A stretch of DNA of 63,488 bases, filler included, from Rhabdomonas costata (GCA_019059605.1; 44 parts of 44 records of this genome joined end to end with filler, not necessarily neighbours in it); one strand, 5' to 3'. Positions 25,891 through 37,912 are shown, counted from the first letter of the whole stretch. The notes: generated by a model not told the origin, from the sequence alone. Translations and numbers: made by a program.

Positions 25891-27650
25891 GAACAGGGGC
25901 CTCTTCTGCTGCAAACCAACCNNNNNNNNNNNNNNNNNNNNNNNNNNNNNNNNNNNNNNNNNNNNTTAATTAATTAANNNNNNNNNNNNNNNNNNNNNNN
26001 NNNNNNNNNNNNNNNNNNNNNGTGGTGTGGGTGTCGGAATGTCAGCCGCGGCGGTGGAGCCCTCGAAGAGCACGGTGTGCTTCTGTTTTTTTTTTTGACA
26101 TCCCGTTCCATGCAGTTGTCAAAGGTGAACTCAGCGGGCTCTATCTTTCTTTGGAGTCGCTTGACCGAACCTCTTTGCAATTACCGTCTTAACATCTTTT
26201 ATAAGATCGACCAGAAATGCATGTCTTTTGGATCGCGCAATCACCTTGCTGCGTATGTTTTCAACGTTTATGTTTTTTAATGTTTATGTTCACTTGATAT
26301 TCCATATTTATGCCTTCTTTCTCTGCGGCACATCCACCTCATGAAGTTGCATTGCTTGCGCTTTTAGCAGTTTTGCTCGCTGCACGCTTGACACTTGTTG
26401 AACCTCTTTCGAAGGGCTCTGGGCGAATCGTGCAGAATACCTGCTATTGGGAAGAATGCTTGTGAGTGTAGCTTTTACTTTATCTCGATTTCTTTTGATA
26501 TTCTTCGTAGTTTCGAACTTTTGGGCTGAGAACTGAGATGTAATTTTATGACTGATTTCATGACGAAGGTCGCATCGCCGTTGGCATCATAGTGCTACTT
26601 TACTTTACTTTCTTAGGTGACGCCATGGCGGTGGATGGGTGCAATAATTCGGCGCGTCTTTTTGTGGTGCCGTGGCCACAGCTGTGGATGCTCGAGCACG
26701 GGCCACCACCCGCGGGGAGAGGTCCGCGGTTGCTCGTTGCTACCATTCCTGAACTAAGCTTTTTGCTGCCGCCGAGATCTTTTTTCGTACTTGCAAAAAT
26801 GTTATGTGATAGGGATTGTGGGTTAGGGCCTGCCTTTGAATTGGAGTGCGCTAGGGACGAGGGGAGCGTTTGGACAGGGGAGTTATCGTCCGGACGATTG
26901 CTGCGATGTACATTTAAATGGATTACTGAATATTACAATGGTTTTTGTTCGTTGGGTCGCGATGGTTGGTGTTGCGTGAAAAAGTAACGCTGCTCTGCTA
27001 CAGGCACGTGTGCAGGCGTGTTGGTGTAAAACTGTTCCCCTTGAAGTGGTGGAGGAAAACTGTAAAATTCACTAGTGTTATAATGGGTCTCCAGGTTCGA
27101 TCCGGCTGCCGTCTCTAGCAGCGGCAACGGTGGTGGGAGAGGCGGCACATGCAAACGCGGTTTTTGTTGCATCGTCCTTACGCGTTTTTCGTCCTTACGC
27201 GTTTTTCGTGGGTCAGTCGCATGCATTCCTTCTTTGACTCAGAGACAGGTGTTTTTGTTTGTTCGCGTTTGAGTATGTGTGTGCGATGAAAAAAGTCGGA
27301 AAAGAAAACACTAATACCCGTTAAGCAGAGCATTGAGGAAAAGGAAATTTGCCCCAAAAAANNNNNNNNNNNNNNNNNNNNNNNNNNNNNNNNNNNNNNN
27401 NNNNNTTAATTAATTAANNNNNNNNNNNNNNNNNNNNNNNNNNNNNNNNNNNNNNNNNNNNTGTGTTGTTGCTTTTATGAAGAAATGTCTAATTTTTGTG
27501 TCACCTCAAAAAGTCAGTACTTCTTACTTTAGAGATGACGCAGCAGACATCTACATTGCAAAAATTTGGATCAACATGAAGTTTGTGTAGTGATTCCGAC
27601 CATTCGGGACGGCACCAACCCCCGTCCCACACGCAAAAGAGGAAGAATAC

Positions 27651-27790
27651 CCACAAGGGGAAGGACAGGAACAGGCACAGCGCCGCGGCGGCTCCAAACT
27701 CGAAGAACAGGGTGGTGCCCAGGTTGTTCCAGCTGGGCCACGCCAGGCGGTACAGAGGGTGTGGTGAGTTGAGGAAACAGAAGGGGTGCG
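27651..27790 (-). CDS. Internal exon of an unknown membrane protein
   Basis: CAG/GTATTC borders, very high GC3; LYRLAWPSWNNLGTTLFFEFGAAAALCLFLSFPLW. Confidence 0.45.
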
Positions 27791-29276
27791 CTGCGCCAAC
27801 ATCACTTCCCCCGAAAGACTTTCCGAGATACCATGTCTGAGGAGACTATGACAACACCCCGCGCGAGCGAAGAGCAAGAACTGGAGAACAATTGAAAACG
27901 AAGGAAACAATGAGTCGAGCAAATCAGAGGCTCAGAATGGCACTCCAGAATCAGAAAGCCATTCGGCAAAATTACAGAATCGTGGCAGAAGAGGGGCTGA
28001 ACCGCCTCCAGACGGCATCTACAAAATCAAGCCACGACGCGTCAAACCCGTACTCACATAAAACACTCTGTCCATAATCGCGTCAAGCAACAGCTTGGTC
28101 CGACGAATCCATAATCGCATCGCTTCTGAGCGAACAACCTTCCAGTTTTCAGAAACGGAACAGTACAGGAAGCAAGACCAATATACAGCTCGCACGCAGT
28201 GCAAGGGCGACGGGAGAGTGTGTCACGAAAGTCAAGACGTGAATAATGGGTCTTCTGCTCTGCTTCATTGCACACCGGAAGAGTCTTAGGCTTGCGGAAG
28301 TTGATGAACGCGGACTCATTTCGGGAGGTCTGAGCGTCGTCCTGCGGCGGGGCCGTCAGGCGCCTGAAGCTGCGCTGCATTGCTGGGGTAGACGGGATGG
28401 GAAGGAGGATGCGCTGGGAGAGGGTGGTGGGCACAGAACGCTTCTCAAGGGAGTCGCCCAACAAAATAACTTTCCAAGAGGGGAACCAAAAATGCTCCTC
28501 TGGGAAGAGAACTGTGTGGAAAGGAGGTCCATTGGGTGAGGAGGCAGAAGTTGTCAGACAATCAGAATTAGCGCTAAGCGTTTTCCAGAACGAAGAACGG
28601 CAGCGTGTACTTTGTTCGGGCGAACATTTTGAGTAAACCTTGCTTGGCGTCTTCCGGAAGGACCTAAACATTTCTCTCCAGTCAGCTTCACTCAGAATGC
28701 ATGCTACATCATCAGCTGCCTGCTACGGCTAGCCATTTTCCACTGGGTAAGCTCTTTCAGTACAGAACGGCAGAAATGTTAACAACCATATTCCCTGGTG
28801 TTCCTTNNNNNNNNNNNNNNNNNNNNNNNNNNNNNNNNNNNNNNNNNNNNTTAATTAATTAANNNNNNNNNNNNNNNNNNNNNNNNNNNNNNNNNNNNNN
28901 NNNNNNTGTGTGGTGTAAAAATGGAAAACAAGAAGAATTTCGGTGTGGAAACAGGGCACAGCCCAACGCAGAGGGTTCGATGTGGAAACCTGGGAAGAAG
29001 AGATCTGCAATTGGCTCTTTGTTTTCTCCGAATTTTCTTTAAATCGAACCCTCTGCGTTGGGCTGTGCCCTGTTTCCACACCGAAATTCTTCTTGTTTTC
29101 CATTTTTACGGCATACCCTATCTTCACATTTTTGCACACAAAATGGGCGGCTGACTTTCCATTTCCGTCGCTGGCTTACTGGTCTTGGTCCTACCTAGGC
29201 TGCCAAGTTGGTTGTCTGTCGGAAAGTCGCGCCAGCGACCCTTTGTCACCCCCAAACCTTTCTTTGTGCGTGCCAG

Positions 29277-30207
29277 GGCTGCTTCTGCTGGACGTCACCC
29301 CGCTGAGCCTCGGTGTGGAGACCGTGGGCGGGGTGATGCAGAACCTAATCGACCGCAACACCACCATCCCCGCGACCAAGAGCAGGATGTTCAGCACCAA
29401 CGCGGACAACCAGACCAGCGTGGAGATCAAGGTCTTCGAGGGTGAACGGCCTCTGGTCGCCCAGAACCGCCTCATGGGTGTCTGTCTCCGCCTCCCTATC
29501 GGCGATGGATTTGAAAGAGATGTGGCAAGAAGGGCACACGCTCTTCCATGAGTGTCCTGCTTCCTCCTCTGCTGTCCACTGAGGCGACAGTTCCCACTAA
29601 AAGCCAGAGGAGGACGCCGCGCTACATCCTTCTAGAAAGAATGCAATTGTTTTCGAACTTGATTTTATCTTGATTTTGAAGTGACACGGTTTTTTTGCCG
29701 CGAAATTGTTTGCAAACTGGGTTTCTGAATAGACCCTCCCTTTCTTTCCTTTGAGCTGTTAAAGTTACATCATAATTAGAGACGGAGGTTGGAGTTAGCT
29801 GAGGCAAATGCCGGATTTCCCGCAAATACTCAATTTGAACCCACGCTCGGCTGTGTTTTTTCTTCTGTTAGCGTTTGTGAGAAACCCCATAAAAAGAAGG
29901 TTGCTCACCTTGCGCGCTAAACACAGGTTTTGTCTTGAACATAGTGATAAACTGAGTTTTGGAACATGACAAGAAGATGAGTTATGGAGAGCGCAAAAAT
30001 CCACTGAAAGAGCACCCGGTTTTTTTTGCGGGGGGGGGGTATCAACAAGGCGGCTTGCGGGGCTGGTGCTTTTGTATTCGCTTTGCACCGCTGCCAGGAA
30101 CGTTCAAGCTGAACGACATTCCTCCCATGCCCCGAGCCAAGCCCCAAATTGAAGTCACATTCGACATTGATGCGAACGGCATCCTCAATGTCTCTGCAGA
30201 GGAAAAG
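29277..30207 (+). CDS. hsp70: HSP70 substrate-binding domain, HSP70.4-like (exons 29277-29477, 30098-30207)
   Basis: [20 protein letters not shown]...RNTTIP...[22 protein letters not shown]...[37 protein letters not shown]. Confidence 0.96.
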
Positions 30208-30351
30208 GTGTGTCCAAAAATGGCAACCATGTTCACGTGTCTTCGGACATGNNNNNNNNNNNNNNNNNNNNNNNNNNNNNNNNNNNNNNNNNNNNTTAAT
30301 TAATTAANNNNNNNNNNNNNNNNNNNNNNNNNNNNNNNNNNNNNNNNNNNN

Positions 30352-31697
30352 CGGAAAGGCTTTTGGCCCAACCCCACCCACCGTGTTGCCTTTTAGTAGT
30401 TAGGCTGTGTGCTGGACGAAGATGGTTTTTGGAGGAGTGCTGCCAGCAACGGTTGTCCATTTGTGGACCGGAATGTACGGTACCGAGCCGTGCAAACAAA
30501 AAGCTTCAAAGGCCAGTAGCAGTGTCGGAGTAGAAGGCGCAGGTCGTCTGAACGAAAGCTTGGAGTGAAAGAAAGGCGCCGTTTAACTCCTGGCACTGCA
30601 CTGTGGTCGACTTGTTGATTTATTTCTAAGGGCCGCCAGGACAACGATCGAGAAAACGGTATCCGGGCAGGGGGAATTGCCTGTCGACACCTGGCAAAAA
30701 AATTTGTCCCCATTTGGCATTTCCTTTCCTCCTTTTCGCCCACCAACTCTTCTCTCATTACCACTCCCTCTCATCCCCACGATGCATTGCCGAACTCCGA
30801 CGGCAATCTTAGGTACACACAGGCGTTATGTGTGCACAGTCTCAGAGATTTGCCCCAAGCTGTATTGTCTCGTAGTCCATTTCAATGCCAGTGGTTCCAG
30901 TGCATCCACCGTGATACCAACCCTATTCTTTCCCTCTTCGGTTTTGTGTTCCCGAACTCGAACTCGAACTTGCACACTCTAACATGCCGCCTCCTGAAAC
31001 ATTGCAGTCGGCAATACTGCTGTTCTATACCGGAAGGCACAAAAGGGTGGGTGAGGTGCAGCACAAAGTTTACAGCTTTCACAAACACAATAGGATAAAA
31101 ACTGCTCCGTCTGCCTCAAACATGTCACCTGAAACCCCCGCGGTTTCATGAATTGCAGAAGTCGGGGGTTGCTTCAGCGGAATTCAGTGAACAGAAACTA
31201 AGGCCCGCTGTTCTAACTAAGACCAAAACTGGTTTTGGATTGCAAAATTTCTCGGGCTCTCTTTCAGCGTTCTGAAGGACTAACATACCTGGTTGGGTAG
31301 TGACCGTGATCAAGCAGGCGGTCCTACTATCTGGCTGTTGCGACTTGCACTTCTTGCAACGGCTGGGTAGTGCTCATTCCTTCGGGGGTGAGCACACAGC
31401 TTAATTTTTGGTAGCGGTGGGAAGATGCGCTTGCGCGTCGACCCGCCTTTTTCTTCTTCCAACATTTTCCAATATTGAGCACGACCGTCCGGCTTTGGAC
31501 AGCAACCACAGGAATGAGGGAAGGAATGTCCATTTGTGGACCGGAAAGGCTTTTGGCCCAACCCCACCCACCGTGTTGCCTTTTAGTAGTTAGGCTGTGT
31601 GCTGGACGAAGATGGTTTTTGGAGGAGTGCTGCCAGCAACGGTTGTCCATTTGTGGACCGGAATGTACGGTACCGAGCCGTGCAAACAAAAAGCTTC
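30352..31697. repeat. 1190-bp repeat unit (tandem array or circle) carrying the U1 snRNA gene
   Basis: The first 156 bp of the contig (30352-30507) are identical to the last 156 bp (31542-31697). Confidence 0.85.
31282..31447 (+). ncRNA. U1: U1 spliceosomal snRNA (~166 nt)
   Basis: 5' ACATACCTG (31283-31291). SL1 31297-31327 with U1-70K-type loop GATCAAGCAG. SL2 31328-31369 with U1A-type loop CTTGCACTTC. SL3 31370-31395 with a UUCG tetraloop. Sm site AATTTTTGG at 31403-31411. SL4 31416-31447. Order, spacing and length all match U1. Confidence 0.93.
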
Positions 31698-33577
31698 NNN
31701 NNNNNNNNNNNNNNNNNNNNNNNNNNNNNNNNNNNNNNNNNTTAATTAATTAANNNNNNNNNNNNNNNNNNNNNNNNNNNNNNNNNNNNNNNNNNNNGGT
31801 GGTGGGTATCACACCGCGTCAAGACATGGAGCTACCCGGATGTCTTGGACGCGGTGTGATACCCAGCCCCCTCTGTTGCAGTTTTGTTGGTGTTCTGCGG
31901 GGACCACGGTCACGGTTAGTGGGGATGGATTGTCTCGGACAATACCTTTGCAATGAATAAGACTTCTTTTGGCCCCTGCATGCCCCACGTATCGAAGTAC
32001 TGAACCTTGACTAGGCTGGGTCCCTTAATGCTCCCCAGGCCGCATTCCCGCACCATTTGCGCATTTGGGATTTGCCAAATTGAATCATCCAAAGTGTTTA
32101 GCAAGTCCTTCTCATGACCCCTCCCCCAGTTGCCTGGCCCCGTTCGGAGTGGGTTTGTTTTATGCAAATGCGTTTGTGGGGTGCTGTCGTAAACCCTCCG
32201 CTGCGTGGGGCAAGAAGCGGCACAAAAGGGATACCAGAGAGCCGCCCTAGGGCACCACAACCGGCCGAGGGTGAAAGGTCAGAGAATTCTGACCCCAAGG
32301 ACCGGCCACGCAGCGTTTCGGGCCTGTTGTATATACAAAAGACCCCAGGCCTGCTTCGGCTTAGCCCTCTCCTCCCCTCGTACTTCTCGTTTGATTTCTA
32401 AACCAGCTGCTGTGATTCAACTTCTCGTGAAAACATGGCCTTGGTCTCGCTCTCGCGTTTTAGGTTGATTACCTAACCCTGCTGACGGTCGCGCTGACGC
32501 ACGACCTGGACCACATGGGGTAACTGCGCTGTCTTCTGTCTTTTTGCTTCACCACCTTGGAATGCAGGAAACGGGGAGCTTGGTAGACATACACAACTGT
32601 GCGTCTCGGGGCGTAACTCACCCTTGCCACCACTGATGCTCCTTGTCCTCCTCGCGGTGGTTGTGTTTATTCGGACTGGAGATTCATTGGTCGTTTTGAA
32701 ATGATCTGTGTGCGTTTATGCATCAAACTTAAGCAGGATTTTTTCGATTAATTTTCCGGGCCCTTTCGCTTCGCTGCCCCCTTTTGCAAAGGCTAAACAA
32801 CAGCTTCCACCTGAAGGCTGAGACTCCACTCGGCATGCTCTCCGCGGCCTCGGGCTCGCAGGTTTTTGCCAGTCTGCGCGTTCTTGATGCTGGCGCAAAC
32901 GGCTCTGCCGCTGAATCATCCATAAAATGCAATCATCGCTCACCGGGGTTCCTTGGTGCCCGTTGGTGCACAGTGGTTGCCCCATGCCCATGCTTCTCTC
33001 GAAAATCAGGATCCTACCTTCTTGAAAACATGTCACCTGTCTTCTCATATTATAGCGTTTCTTCGGGCTGGGACCGAAGCACTTTTCTGTCTCCTTTTCA
33101 TTCATAGTCATAGTGCACGAGCTCACTTTCACGTTCACTGCTTNNNNNNNNNNNNNNNNNNNNNNNNNNNNNNNNNNNNNNNNNNNNTTAATTAATTAAN
33201 NNNNNNNNNNNNNNNNNNNNNNNNNNNNNNNNNNNNNNNNNNNCATCACATCCGTTAAAGAGGAAAGGGGGTAAGTACATCGCCCGGTGGTGTGAGTGTG
33301 CGGTAACGCGGATAGTCACACATACAGAAAGCTCCGAGCTTTGCCTGAAGGACTGACTGACCGAGGGCCCTCAAGAAAATGCAATGCTGCAAGAGCTCAA
33401 TTGCCGCCACACAAAGGAAAAAGTGCCTCCAAAAGCCCGCCAAGCCTAAGGAAAGGCACACACATCGAAACAAAACTTAAAAAGGAAAGGCGATGCCAAC
33501 CCATCCCGAACAAAGCACAAATTAGAGAAAAAAACCGACAAGAAACATGTCATCACGACAGTCAAAGCGGAGCACAC

Positions 33578-34132
33578 CTCAAAGCCGTTCACTGTAACCA
33601 CAGCGCTGTCCACGTTGCTCAGCTCCAGCACAATGTTGGTCTGCGTCCATGCCACGTTCGACACCTCCAAAACCTTCCGCGCAACAACAACGCACTCCTC
33701 CTCCCCACTCATCGACACCCCGCTCTCCACGCACCCCGGAAGCTCAGACCCCTTCTCCGTCACAGCTCCCGACACGCGCCACTGCCGGTCGTCGTAGCCC
33801 GCCCGTGTGCTGGTCCCCAGCAGGGCCGACAGCGGGCAGCTGTGCGCAAGGCCCTCCTGCGCAGTGCACCACTTCCACGTCGGGTTGACCGGCGTGGTCC
33901 ACCGGTCCATCAGCGCCGTGCCGTTCATGTCCCACGCGGAGCCAACGAAAAGGTCCCCCTCAATTTCAACGGTGACGAAATGGTTGGCCTTCTTCCCGCA
34001 CATCAGTATGGAATTGTTGAGTTTGAAGTCGGTGACGTTGTAGAGCCCGGCCCCTCCACCGCCCAGGGTGAGGTGCTGCACCCCATTCACGTCATAGCGG
34101 CAGTAGACGTGGTTGTGGGCCCCAAATGTGAC
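33578..34132 (-). CDS. Calcineurin-like metallophosphoesterase C-terminus fused to a putative sugar-binding beta-sandwich domain (555-bp exon)
   Basis: FGAHNHVYCR...NGVQHLTLGGGGAGLY...HFVTVEIEG, then WKW...GYDDRQW...ARKVLEV...VDSAVVTVNGFE; CAG/GTGTGC borders, phase 0. Confidence 0.7.
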
Positions 34133-34689
34133 CTGCCGCAAGAGGAACCACAACCAGGTTTGTCTCTGATTTCTCACCTTCTTCTTGGCCACAAAGCAGT
34201 CGGCAGGATGTCCAACCGAAAGGTTCCGTTCTGTCGTCCCACTGTTGATTTGGTGTGTGGTCCCTCATAGGACCGCTTCTAGCACACTCGCTGCGCCCAT
34301 GCGCCCATGTTTTCTCTCTCGCTCCCACTAAAACCTGCTGCTAACAACCAGCACCATCACACCTTTCACTGGCATATCATTAACATGCGTAGCCGAGGAA
34401 TACTGCAGACACGCTGGATCATCTGCTAATTTTTCCGAGGAGTCACTGACCAGATTAGGAAACCTGTTAGCCTACGAAGGTCAGGGGTCCAGAAAAAGAA
34501 TCGAATGGATCGAAGGTTCCTGAGTCGGGCAATAAGTAAACGATATGCACAAGTGTCATCTGAGCTAAAGTTCTGCGGAACAACCAACCNNNNNNNNNNN
34601 NNNNNNNNNNNNNNNNNNNNNNNNNNNNNNNNNTTAATTAATTAANNNNNNNNNNNNNNNNNNNNNNNNNNNNNNNNNNNNNNNNNNNN

Positions 34690-35228
34690 GGGCGTGGTGC
34701 TGGCCTGCGCGGCCAGGAGCACAGGCTCCAAGCGGTGCTGCAGGGTGCGCGGGGACTCCCCCTGGGGCCAGGTGTAGTTGCACTCATCCTGTGACAACGA
34801 GAAAGAGAAAGAGAAAGAGATTGGAGCGAGCGAGCGAGAGAGAGAAGCACCCAAATGTCGGCACCCACAACCGGCCTGTCCGCAGCCGGGTTTGGTGGTG
34901 AAGAGCCTCATCCTACTCCAGTTTCAGTCCCCCCCCCCTCCTCATTCAACAGTGAGCCGTTGTTCTGAACCTGTCCTCTCTGCAGAGTCTCAATCGAATT
35001 GAATTGATTCAAACGATCTTTCACCAATCCTTCACCCTCCACTCCAGGCTCCCGCCCACACCTACACCCACGAACCACACGCAAAATACCCCCCGCACGG
35101 GCGTGTGCTCAACCAGAGGCCCAAATCTATCGCGGGCGCACTCCACAGGACACATACCTCGGTCATGCCTCGCCAGACGTCGGGAAGGTTGCGCTTGACC
35201 TGCGGGTAGGTCATCCCTGCGCACTCCC
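34690..35228 (-). CDS. 6-phosphofructo-2-kinase/fructose-2,6-bisphosphatase-like histidine-phosphatase domain (exons 35158-35228, 34690-34788)
   Basis: Spliced GECAGMTYPQVKRNLPDVWRGMTE|DECNYTWPQGESPRTLQHRLEPVLL matches the G-x-C-x-GMTY...P...Y-x-x-P-x-GES...RLEPV motif. Confidence 0.85.
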
Positions 35229-36134
35229 CTGCACGACCCGCGAGACAGATGCAATCGCACACTCTTGCCTCAAGCGCGCAAACTTCCAACCACAGTGGGC
35301 AATGGGCAATGCGGCCAATTTGGAGCTTTTCTCTCCTGCTGTCGATCCAACCGCAATCTCCACTCGTTATGTATTGAACTGCCCAGTTTTTATCAAACCA
35401 GATCGCTCATCAAATTACACGGGCCTGGCCCTTTATGCTGGCATACGCAACGCATTGCTCAGGTCATGCCAACAACAAAAGAACGGGAACAACGAAAGGC
35501 CGACCCTTCAGGTGCATACTCTGCGCGAAAACACATCAGATCTTGGCTTCAGTGATCTGACTAGTGCTAAGATCGCTCGCAAAAAAAACGACCATCGTCA
35601 ACCACTGGCATTGGTTCTGATCAAACATTTAATAACACAGCTTGCCCTCCTTTCCGTACAACATCACCGACCCCTCCTTCATTCAGCATCTGACAAATTG
35701 ACTTCTGATGCCACTTGCACTTGAATCGAAGGGAAAACGACAGTCACGGTGGTGGCATCACCCGTCCACCGGACACGAGAACAGCGGCGGGAGCGCCCCC
35801 CCTTTCCCACAACAACTCGCACAAGCAAAGCCGTAAACCCACAGACAGTTTATGTCTTCAGGTTTCTGTGGCTTTTAAATACTCATTATTCAATACAAAG
35901 CTTTTAAATAGATCTTCTGGCCTGCTGACGCAATCATGAATCTGCAAACCCATGCTGATTGAATGATGAGAGCTGTCAAAAAACGCAAGGGTCTTGCGCC
36001 TTGACGCATATGTGTAAAACACATCACACACCCCNNNNNNNNNNNNNNNNNNNNNNNNNNNNNNNNNNNNNNNNNNNNTTAATTAATTAANNNNNNNNNN
36101 NNNNNNNNNNNNNNNNNNNNNNNNNNNNNNNNNN

Positions 36135-36400
36135 GGTTGTGCACTGGGGTAGTTGACATGTCCTTGACTTCGTAATCCGCCTTTTTGTATGGTTGGGGGT
36201 GAGCATTCGGGTGTCGAGGGGGATGTAGCGGGGCGTACGCCGTTCTTTTCATGGCATTGGGATATCCTATCATGACACGGCCCTTGCCTGGCCACAATTA
36301 TATCCGCAAGAAATACATTATATAACGGGTGCGAAAGTCGAACGTCGCGAAGCAACGGGAGAAACGACCGCCACGATGGATGATGCTGGAGGATTCGACC
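36135..36400 (-). mobile_element. Possible decayed non-LTR retrotransposon fragment (region downstream of RT)
   Basis: ...SPSTPECSPPTIQKGGL resembles the P-x-ST...P...GGLG segment after non-LTR RT domains; frames are broken. Confidence 0.25.
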
Positions 36401-37912
36401 TTTTGTGAGGCGATCATTATGCTGAGGTCAAAGTAGGCAGACCTCCTTGCTAACCGAAAACGCTGCTTTGGGTTCGTGCACATTATATGCGAGCGTTGGA
36501 TAAGCTGTAGAGCGTCTACTAGGTGTTCGGGCACCTCCGATGCAAAAAGTCAAACTTTGTTATTCAACGACCGACAAACACGGATACAACTGTGCGGAAC
36601 CTCTTCGAGTTGCTTCACTTCCTCCCTTGTCTTCCTCTTGCCACGCCTGTGTGTCGGGGGGGGGGGGTGACCAGAGGAAAACACAGCGCTCACGTCGAGC
36701 CATGAATCCGCGGCTTGTGGGATCCCCACTGAGGTGTGTGTGCGCTTGTGTGTGCATGCGTTTGTTTTTATGTGTTGGAGCTCAGTTCGCTTTCGCTGGA
36801 ACGTTTCCATTCTCGAGGGGTTGGACTCGAGGGCCTATAAAGTTGGTTCTTCGGTGTGTGGTGCAGTCCCTGAATGGGCAGATGATCTGATAGCCTTGGC
36901 TGGTGTGTTTATCCGTTGCTGTTGTGTGGGAAGATGCTTCGTACTCTTGTGGTGTGGGTACAGGCGTTGATGTGGATGTGCAGGTTTCCGTGGTGTCAAG
37001 TGTGGCTTGGTCTTGCGATCTGCAATGCCGAAACTAAAATTGGAGCCAGCTTGGCCAAACATGATGAGCTGGAAGCCACAGATATATTCATCAGTCTCCA
37101 CCGCCACCACACTCCACACCGAGAAGCGTCACACACTGGTCTTCGAGGTCGAATCCCCACCCTGGCCCCCTTCTGGCGCTCGCTCGCCTGCTCTGTGGTT
37201 GCTCCACCATCAACAGAAAGGCTCATCCTGCCCGGGGTGCCGTGCCGCGGCGGCCGCGATTGCCGACCTGCAAGCCCAGGTGGAGGAGCTTAAGCTTCGC
37301 CTGGAAGGCGCCCAAAATCCATGAACTCTTTTGGGCTCCGCACCGAAACCCATATACACACATCCAGACATACGCACTCACTCCTCTCGCTCAGTGACCC
37401 CTCATCCTGGGAAGAAATCAGCGGAGTGCGTGGCCAAAAAAAAAACTCAAGACGACGGAGTATATCCTTCCAACAAACCNNNNNNNNNNNNNNNNNNNNN
37501 NNNNNNNNNNNNNNNNNNNNNNNTTAATTAATTAANNNNNNNNNNNNNNNNNNNNNNNNNNNNNNNNNNNNNNNNNNNNGGGGGTTGGTATCTAAGATGA
37601 TTGGGTTTGGGGGTATCGAAAGTTTCGAGAGAAAGAGCTGACCTGACTGTGTATAATTATTAGGCGCTCCATTTGTTTTCAGCGATTCTTTGTTTCCCTT
37701 CTGCGCGCGCCAGACAAGTGAAGGTACCGAAGTACCCAGGTACCGAAACTGCTCGCATTTGCGGCTACGTTGCCTCATGTGCACGTTAGTTTTCAAAGAA
37801 GAAGTTCCTCTTTGCGATTTCGGACCCGTACTTGGTGCGGAGACTTGGTATTAGGCTTCGAACGGTAACCGCCGCAAAAAAAAGGGCAGGCTGCGTTAAG
37901 GCGGGGGGTCAC

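Noticed and set aside
27045-27110. GGTTCGATCC B-box/T-loop-like motif as a tRNA
   Set aside because: No acceptor, D or anticodon stems could be folded.
27566-27612. VVIPTIRD resembling the UDP-arabinopyranose mutase / GT2 N-terminus
   Set aside because: Very short, low GC3, a stop just upstream, and it lies antisense within the probable intron of a minus-strand gene.
28915-29109. Perfect long hairpins at contig ends (also ~1453-1589, 10117-10204, 25846-25916, 31804-31864, 53482-53694, 57629-57702) as MITEs or structured RNAs
   Set aside because: One arm always abuts a contig end or primer tag, the arms are essentially identical, and they share no sequence with each other. Two copy exon or intron sequence. 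Best explained as amplification fold-back chimeras.
30375-30435. GCCTTTTAG in the U1 repeat unit as U5 loop I
   Set aside because: It mismatches the invariant GCCUUUUAC and has no closing stem.
23192-31447. SmG and U1 (or any other genes) as a functional cluster
   Set aside because: They are on different contigs ordered only by length, so adjacency carries no information.
33296-34270. Long + strand ORF (324 aa) and similar long ORFs at 14574-15449, 20190-20948 and 42130-43074
   Set aside because: These are shadow or antisense frames of GC-rich exons or decayed elements, with no recognisable protein features.
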